Below, piece after piece: positions 55,453 through 64,000 of a stretch of DNA of 64,000 nucleotides. How positions within the stretch are numbered: the first letter of the stretch is position 1; every line of letters begins with the position of its first letter. This DNA comes from Macrostomum lignano (Eukaryota), in the NCBI GenBank assembly GCA_002269645.1, contig NIVC01003327.1, positions 6,033 to 70,032 of the forward strand, in the 5' to 3' direction. The translations under genes and the position numbers were made by a program. The notes beneath the pieces were generated by a model. It ran no database searches. It saw only the letters and a program-made list of their open reading frames with translations, and was not told where the DNA came from.

Positions 55453-57322
55453 TCAAGAGAACCCGGACGGTCCAGCATCGGCTCCGGCGGTCGCGTCTGC
55501 CGACCCGTCGATTGCCCAGTCCGGACCGCCAGGCGGCGGCGCTCGCCGACTTGACAAGACCAGCTGTTGCCGACGTCTGGCCAGCAGCTGCGCGGCAAGC
55601 CGGCGTCGCTCATCCGGGTCGGCCAAATTGTCGGCATAGGTGGCGTCGAGTTTCTCTTTGAATCCGCGCAGCTCGGCCGACTCCCAGGCTAGCGGGCGCG
55701 GCAGGGCGACCTCGCAGTCGCCGTTATTGGTCAATTCTTCGTCGTCGCCGCCATCGTCAGAGCTGGTGAAGTCCGCAGTCAGGGCGGCGGCGTAACGGCT
55801 GGCGGATTGAGGGTCCAGGCTGGGGCGGAGGAACTCGAAACTGCGGAGACGGCGCTGCAGCTTCTGGTGATGGAGACGGACTTGATATGCATCAGCTGGT
55901 CTCTAGAGAGCATCTATCAACTCGTGTCTAGAGAGCATCTATCAACCCGTGTCTAGAGAGCATCTATCAACCCGTGTCTAGAGAGCATCTATCAACTCGT
56001 GTCTAGAGAGCATCTATCAACCCGTGTCTAGAGAGCATCTATCAACCCGTGTCTAGAGAACATCTATCAACCCATGTCTAGAGAGCATCTATCAACCCGT
56101 GTCTAGAGAACATCTATCAACCCGTGTCTAGAGAACATCTATCAACCCGTGTCTAGAGAGCATCTATCAACCCGTGTCTAGAGAACATCTATCAACTCGT
56201 GTCAAGAGAGCATCTATCAACTCGTGTCTAGAGAGCATCTATCAACCGTGTCAGAGAGCATCTATCAACTCGTGTCTAGAGAGCATCTATCAACTCGTGT
56301 CTAGAGAGCATCTATCAACTCGTGTCTAGAGAGCATCTATCAACTCGTGTCTAGAGAGCATCTATCAACTCGTGTCTAGAGAGCATCTATCAACTCGTGT
56401 CTAGAGAGCATCTATCAATGAGTCTAAGAGAGCATCTATCAATGAGTCTACAGAGCATCTATCAATGAGTCTACAGAGCATCTATCAATGAGTCTACAGA
56501 GCATCTATCAATAATCAGCCATCAAAGAGCCACTCACCTGCGGCACTGCAGTATCATTATTAGTCCTAGCCGTGGCCCGCTGTATCAGGCTGGCAAATTG
56601 CATTTCCCTATTGGTTCGTTTCATATTCGGCTTCAGGTAGCAGCTGTACCAGACTCGCATGTACTGGACTGCCGATTCTGAAAATAAATTTTGCTTATTC
56701 ATTAGGTTGATCAGTGAGAATTTAAGAGAAAGAAGCCGCAATTCCGAGTGTTAAATGCAAAGATGAACATTGGGTCTGCCTCCTATCGAAAAAAACAATA
56801 ATAATTTTTGTGCTGAAAATCTTCCTAGCGCATTTTTCTGCTAAAATCAGCCGCCTTAACTTTTTTCTAAGGAGGAGTTGTCCTTGCTTAAACCCTTAAA
56901 CTCCTTACAGAACCTCTACCCCTGTCCTGCAGATCAATTTTTATTAGCTTACTTCGTTGTTCCAGCCAAAAGCTGCCATGTACATTTCAGTGGACTGGCT
57001 AATGTACATTATTGCTGAACCAATTAGCAAGCTGCTTATGCCTGCAAGCTATGGGCTTCTAAACTTATCTATAGTTATTCTAGTATATGTAGTTTTAATT
57101 GAAAAGGTAGCGTTCTTTACAGTATAAAATTCAATTTTCAACAAGGCCACTCACTATTCCAGTCGTCCGGATGGCAGGGCAGATGCCGGCCAGCTGTTTG
57201 GCTCGATCGATCACTCGATCGGCCGCCGTCAGGTTAACTCGAGCGCTGAATGGCAGAGTGAAGTCGAATAGATCGCTTGACAGCTCGTCTTTGAGGGTCC
57301 GGTAGGCGCGGCGGAGAAGAGC
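55453..57322 (-). CDS. C14orf93-like uncharacterised protein, partial (3' exons)
   Basis: Exons 57322-57155, 56677-56538 and 55902-55453. The last encodes KLQRRLR...DFTSSDD..DDE...RPLAWESAEL..F..KLD...SSRRAPP...PDWAI, a motif pattern I associate with the C14orf93-like family. The phase between the first two exons is unresolved and the 5' exons were not found. Confidence 0.55.
55905..56508. repeat. 25-bp minisatellite (TCTAGAGAGCATCTATCAACCCGTG)n, intronic
   Basis: Directly visible. Confidence 0.93.
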
Positions 57323-57384
57323 CTGAAAAATGAAAATATTTCGAAATTTTCATTTGTTTTAATGAGACTACCGCTGGGGCACTA

Positions 57385-60300
57385 AACATGGCACTAAGGT
57401 ATTCAAAATGGCACCCTGATATTCAAAATGGCACTCTGATATTAAAAATGGCACTCTGATATTCAAAATGGCACTATGGTATTCAAAATGGCACCCTGAT
57501 ATTCAAAATGGCACTCTGGTACTCAAAATGGCACTCTGATATTCAAAATGGCACTATGCTATTAAAATGGCACTATGGTATTCAAAATGGCACTCTGATA
57601 TTCAAAATGGCACTCTGATATTCAAAATGGCACTCTGATATTCAAAATGGCACTATGGTATTAAAATGGCACTCTGATATTCAAAATGGCACTCTGATAT
57701 TCAAAATGGCACTCTGATATTCAAAATGGCACTCTGATATTCAAAATGGCACTATGGTATTAAAATGGCACTCTGATATTCAAAATGGCACTCTGATATT
57801 CAAAATGGCACTCTGACATTCAAAATGGCACTCTGATATTCAAAATGGCACTCTGATATTCAAAATGGCACTATGCTATTAAAATGGCACTCTGGAATTC
57901 GAAATGGCACTCTGATATTCAAAATGGCACTCTGATATTCAAAATGGAACTGGTATTCAAAATGGCACTCTGATATTCAAAATGGCACTCTGGAATTCGA
58001 AATGGAACTGGTATTCAAAATGGCACTCTGATATTCAAAATGGCACTCTGATATTCAAAATGGAACTGGTATTCAAAATGGCACTCTGATATTCAAAATG
58101 GAACTGGTATTCAAAATGGCACTCTGATATTCAAAATGGAACTGGTATTCAAAATGGCACTCTGATATTCAAAATGGCACTCTGGAATTCGAAATGGAAC
58201 TGGTATTCAAAATGGCACTCTGATATTCAAAATGGCACTCTGATATTCAAAATGGAACTGGTATTCAAAATAGCACTCTGATATTCAAAATGGCACTCTG
58301 ATATTCAAAATGGAACTGGTATTCAAAATAGCACTCTGATATTCAAAATGGAACTGGTATTCAAAATAGCACTCTGATATTCAAAATGGAACTGGTATTC
58401 AAAATAGCACTCTGATATTCAAAATGGAACTGGTATTCAAAATAGCACTCTGATATTCAAAATGGAACTGGTATTCAAAATGGCACTCTGATATTCAAAA
58501 TGGCACTCTGATATTCAAAATGCACTCTGATATTCAAAATGGAACTGGTATTCCAAATGGCACTCTGATATTCAAAATGGCACTCTGGAATTCGAAATGG
58601 AACTGGTATTCAAAATGGCACTCTGATATTCAAAATGGCACTCTGATATTCAAAATGGAACTGGTATTCAAAATGGCACTCTGATATTCAAAATGGAACT
58701 GGTATTCAAAATGGCACTCTGATATTCAAAATGGCACTCTGGAATTCGAAATGGAACTGGTATTCAAAATGGCACTCTGATATTCAAAATGGCACTCTGA
58801 TATTCAAAATGGCACTCTGATATTCAAAATGGCACTCTGATATTCAAAATGGCACTCTGATATTCAAAATGGCACTCTGATATTCAAAATGGAACTGGTA
58901 TTCAAAATAGCACTCTGATATTCAAAATGGCACTCTGATATTCAAAATGGAACTGGTATTCAAAATGGCACTCTGATATTCAAAATGGAACTGGTATTCA
59001 AAATGGCACTCTGATATTCAAAATGGCACTCTGGAATTCGAAATGGAACTGGTATTCAAAATGGCACTCTGATATTCAAAATGGCACTCTGATATTCAAA
59101 ATGGCACTCTGATATTCAAAATGGAACTGGTATTCAAAATAGCACTCTGATATTCAAAATAGCACTCTGATATTCAAAATGGAACTGGTATTCAAAATGG
59201 CACTCTGATATTCAAAATGGCACTCTGGAATTCGAAATGGAACTGGTATTCAAAATGGCACTCTGATATTCAAAATGGCACTCTGATATTCAAAATGGAA
59301 CTGGTATTCAAAATGGCACTCTGATATTCAAAATGGCACTCTGGAATTCGAAATGGAACTGGTATTCAAAATGGCACTCTGATATTCAAAATGGCACTCT
59401 GATATTCAAAATGGAACTGGTATTCAAAATGGCACTCTGATATTCAAAATGGCACTTTGATATTCAAAATAGCACTCTGATATTCAAAATGGAACTGGTA
59501 TTCAAAATGGCACTCTGATATTCAAAATGGCACTCTGGAATTCGAAATGAAACTGGTATTCAAAATGGCACTCTGATATTCAAAATGGCACTCTGATATT
59601 CAAAATGGAACTGGTATTCAAAATGGCACTCTGATATTCAAAATGGAACTGGTATTCAAAATGGCACTCTGATATTCAAAATGGCACTCTGGAATTCGAA
59701 ATGGAATGGTATTCAAAATGGCACTCTGATATTCAAAATGGCACTCTGATATTCAAAATGGCACTTTGATATTCAAAATGGCACTATGCTATTAAAATGG
59801 CACTCTGGAATTAGAAATGGCACTCTGATATTCAAAATGGCACTCTGATATTCAAAATGGAACTGGTATTCAAATGGCACTCTGATATTCAAAATGGAAC
59901 TGGTATTCAAAATGGCACTCTGATATTCAAAATGGCACTCTGGAATTTGAAATGGAACTGGTATTCAAAATGGCACTCTGATATTCAAAATGGCACTCTG
60001 ATATTCAAAATGGAACTGGTATTCAAAATGGCACTCTGATATTCAAAATGGAACTGGTATTCAAATGGCACTCTGATATTCAAAATGGCACTCTGGAATT
60101 CGAAATGAACTGGTATTCAAAATGGCACTCTGATATTCAAAATGGCACTCTGATATTCAAAATGGAACTGGTATTCAAAATAGCACTCTGATATTCAAAA
60201 TGGCACTCTGATATTCAAAATGGAACTGGTATTCAAAATAGCACTCTGATATTCAAAATGGAACTGGTATTCAAAATGGCACTCTGATATTCAAAATGGC

Positions 60301-63300
60301 ACTCTGGAATTCGAAATGGAACTGGTATTCAAAATGGCACTCTGATATTCAAAATGGAACTGGTATTCAAAATAGCACTCTGATATTCAAAATGGAACTG
60401 GTATTCAAAATAGCACTCTGATATTCAAAATGGAACTGGTATTCAAAATAGCACTCTGATATTCAAAATGGAACTGGTATTCAAAATGGCACTCTGATAT
60501 TTAAAATGGCACTCTGATATTCAAAATAGCACTCTGATATTCAAAATGGAACTGGTATTCCAAATGGCACTCTGATATTCAAAATGGCACTCTGGAATTC
60601 GAAATGGAACTGGTATTCAAAATGGCACTCTGATATTCAAAATGGCACTCTGATATTCAAAATGGAACTGGTATTCAAAATGGCACTCTGATATTCAAAA
60701 TGGAACTGGTATTCAAAATGGCACTCTGATATTCAAAATGGCACTCTGGAATTCGAAATGGAACTGGTATTCAAAATGGCACTCTGATATTCAAAATGGC
60801 ACTCTGATATTCAAAATGGCACTCTGATATTCAAAATGGAACTGGTATTCAAAATGGCACTCTGATATTCAAAATGGAACTGGTATTCAAAATGGCACTC
60901 TGATATTCAAAATGGCACTCTGGAATTCGAAATGGAACTGGTATTCAAAATGGCACTCTGATATTCAAAATGGCACTCTGATATTCAAAATGGAACTGGT
61001 ATTCAAAATGGCACTCTGATATTCAAAATGGCACTCTGATATTCAAAATAGCACTCTGATATTCAAAATGGAACTGGTATTCAAAATGGCACTCTGATAT
61101 TCAAAATGGCACTCTGGAATTCGAAATGGAACTGGTATTCAAAATGGCACTCTGATATTCAAAATGGCACTCTGATATTCAAAATGGAACTGGTATTCAA
61201 AATGGCACTCTGATATTCAAAATGGAACTGGTATTCAAAATGGCACTCTGATATTCAAAATGGCACTCTGGAATTCGAAATGGAACTGGTATTCAAAATG
61301 GCACTCTGATATTCAAAATGGCACTCTGATATTCAAAATGGAACTGGTATTCAAAATAGCACTCTGATATTCAAAATGGCACTCTGATATTCAAAATGGA
61401 ACTGGTATTCAAAATAGCACTCTGATATTCAAAATGGAACTGGTATTCAAAATAGCACTCTGATATTCAAAATGGAACTGGTATTCAAAATAGCACTCTG
61501 ATATTCAAAATGGAACTGGTATTCAAAATAGCACTCTGATATTCAAAATGGAACTGGTATTCAAAATGGCACTCTGATATTCAAATGGCACTCTGATATT
61601 CAAAATAGCACTCTGATATTCAAAATGGAACTGGTATTCAAAATGGCACTCTGATATTCAAAATGGCACTCTGGAAGTCGAAATGGAACTGGTATTCAAA
61701 ATGGCACTCTGATATTCAAAATGGCACTCTGATATTCAAAATGGAACTGGTATTCAAAATGGCACTCTGATATTAAAATGGAACTGGTATTCAAAATGGC
61801 ACTCTGATATTCAAAATGGCACTCTGATATTCAAAATGGAACTGGTATTCAAAATGGCACTCTGATATTCAAATGGAACTGGTATTCAAAATGGCACTCT
61901 GATATTCAAAATGGCACTCTGATATTCGAAATGGAACTGGTATTCAAAATGGCACTCTGATATTCAAAATGGCACTCTGATATTCAAAATGGAACTGGTA
62001 TTCAAAATAGCACTCTGATATTCAAAATGGCACTCTGATATTCAAAATGGAACTGGTATTCAAAATAGCACTCTGATATTCAAAATGGAACTGGTATTCA
62101 AAATAGCACTCTGATATTCAAAATGGAACTGGTATTCAAAATAGCACTCTGATATTCAAAATGGAACTGGTATTCAAAATAGCACTCTGATATTCAAAAT
62201 GGAACTGGTATTCAAAAATGGCACTCTGATATTCAAAATGGCACTCTGATATTCAAATAGCACTCTGATATTCAAAATGGAACTGGTATTCAAAATGGCA
62301 CTCTGATATTCAAAATGGCACTCTGGAAGTCGAAATGGAACTGGTATTCAAAATGGCACTCTGATATTCAAAATGGCACTCTGATATTCAAAATGGAACT
62401 GGTATTCAAAATGGCACTCTGATATTAAAAATGGAACTGGTATTCAAAATGGCACTCTGATATTCAAAATGGCACTCTGGAATTCGAAATGGAACTGGTA
62501 TTCAAAATGGCACTCTGATATTCAAATGGCACTCTGATATTCAAAATGGAACTGGTATTCAAAATAGCACTCTGATATTCAAAATGGCACTCTGGAATTC
62601 GAAATGGAACTGGTATTCAAAATGGCACTCTGATATTCAAAATGGCACTCTGATATTCAAAATGGCACTTTGATATTCAAAATGGCACTATGCTATTAAA
62701 ATGGCACTCTGGAATTAGAAATGGCACTCTGATATTTAAAATGGCACTCTGATATTCAAAATGGAACTGGTATTCAAAATGGCACTCTGATATTCAAAAT
62801 GGCACTCTGGAATTCGAAATGGAACTGGTATTCAAAATGGCACTCTGATATTCAAAATGGCACTCTGATATTCAAAATGGAACTGGTATTCAAAATGGCA
62901 CTCTGATATTCAAAATGGAACTGGTATTCAAAATGGCACTCTGATATTCAAAATGGCACTCTGGAATTCGAAATGGAACTGGTATTCAAAATGGCACTCT
63001 GATATTCAAAATGGCACTCTGATATTCAAAATGGAACTGGTATTCAAAATAGCACTCTGATATTCAAAATGGCACTCTGATATTCAAAATGGCACTCTGA
63101 TATTCAAAATGGAACTGGTATTCAAAATGGCACACTGACATTCAAAATGGAACTGATATTGAAAATGGCACTCTGGAATTTGAAATGGCACTCTGATATT
63201 CAAAATGGAACTGGTATTCAAAATAGCACTCTGATATTCAAAATGAACTGGTATTCAAAATGGCACTCTGATATTCAAGATGGCACTCTGATATTCAAAA

Positions 63301-63905
63301 TGGCACTCTGATATTCAAAATGGAACTGGTATTCAAATGGCACTCTGGAATTCAAAATGGCACTCTGATATTCAAAATGGAACTGGTATTCAAAATAGCA
63401 CTCTGATTTTCAAAATGGAACTGGTATTCAAAATGGCACTCTGATATTCAAAGTGGCACTCTGATATTCAAAATCGCACTTGATATTCAAAATCGCACTT
63501 GATATTCAAAATGGCACTCTGATATTCAAGATGACACTCTGATATTCAAAATGGCACTCTGATATTCAAAATGGCACTCTGATATTCAAAATGGCACTCT
63601 GATATTCAAAATGGCACTCTGATATTCAAAATGGCACTCTGATATTCAAAATGGCACTCTGATATTCAAAATGGCACTCTGATATTCAAAATGGCACTCT
63701 GATATTCAAAATGGCACTCTGATATTCAAAATGGCACTATGGTATTCAAATGTCACTATGTATTCAAAATCGCACTTTGATATTCAAAATCGCACTTTGA
63801 TATTCAAAATGGCACTCTGATATTCAAAAATGGCACTTTGATATTCAAAATGGCACTTTAATATTTAAAATGGCACTCTGATATTCAAAAATGGCACTTT
63901 GATAT
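57385..63905. repeat. 6.5-kb satellite of 20-bp (AAAATGGCACTCTGATATTC) and 18-bp (AAAATGGAACTGGTATTC) units with recurrent variants
   Basis: Directly visible; variants GGAATTCGAAATGG and AAAATAGCAC recur in ordered blocks. Confidence 0.98.
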
Positions 63906-64000
63906 TCAAGTGCGCACAGTTTTAGAATTCAAAAATTCACTGAACAAGATATTAAAAAATGGTGCCCAGAAAGTATGAAAACAAAATGGCATTAAATATC

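Overview
Eukaryotic (invertebrate animal) genomic DNA with GC-rich exons, AT-rich introns and minisatellites in most introns. The style resembles the flatworm Macrostomum, but that is inference only. Host genes reconstructed by hand from splice sites: a 2-exon secreted Lys-rich protein, a frameshifted PAN/Apple + C-type lectin gene plus a relic paralog, a 7-exon NUDT18-like Nudix hydrolase, an AIG1/GIMAP GTPase fused to a hedgehog-type Hint (Hog) domain, an INSM1/nerfin-like zinc-finger gene, a 5-exon Beclin-1/Atg6, and a partial C14orf93-like gene. Mobile elements with readable ends and target-site duplications (TSDs): a 5'-truncated APE-RT LINE (10-bp TSD); a 7.1-kb Polinton-like endogenous virus (AGTAGT termini, ~600-bp TIRs, 6-bp TSD); an 8.1-kb foldback Phantom/MULE transposon whose intact transposase carries a C-terminal RING (8-bp TSD); a nested P-like element and a 33-bp hairpin element (7-bp TSDs); and a hAT-type MITE (8-bp TSD). 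The main candidate for a new system is the Polinton-like element in NUDT18 intron 6. It has a PrimPol-PriCT2-D5 primase-helicase and no visible protein-primed PolB, a PLA2-integrase fusion, adenovirus pX-like and amphipathic core-type genes, a truncated capsid-like gene, a nuclease-like gene, ~99-nt self-folding termini and a duplicated 135-bp putatively structured unit. The second candidate is the GIMAP-Hog fusion. The last 6.5 kb is an 18/20-bp satellite. All family assignments come from motif recognition by eye; no searches were run.
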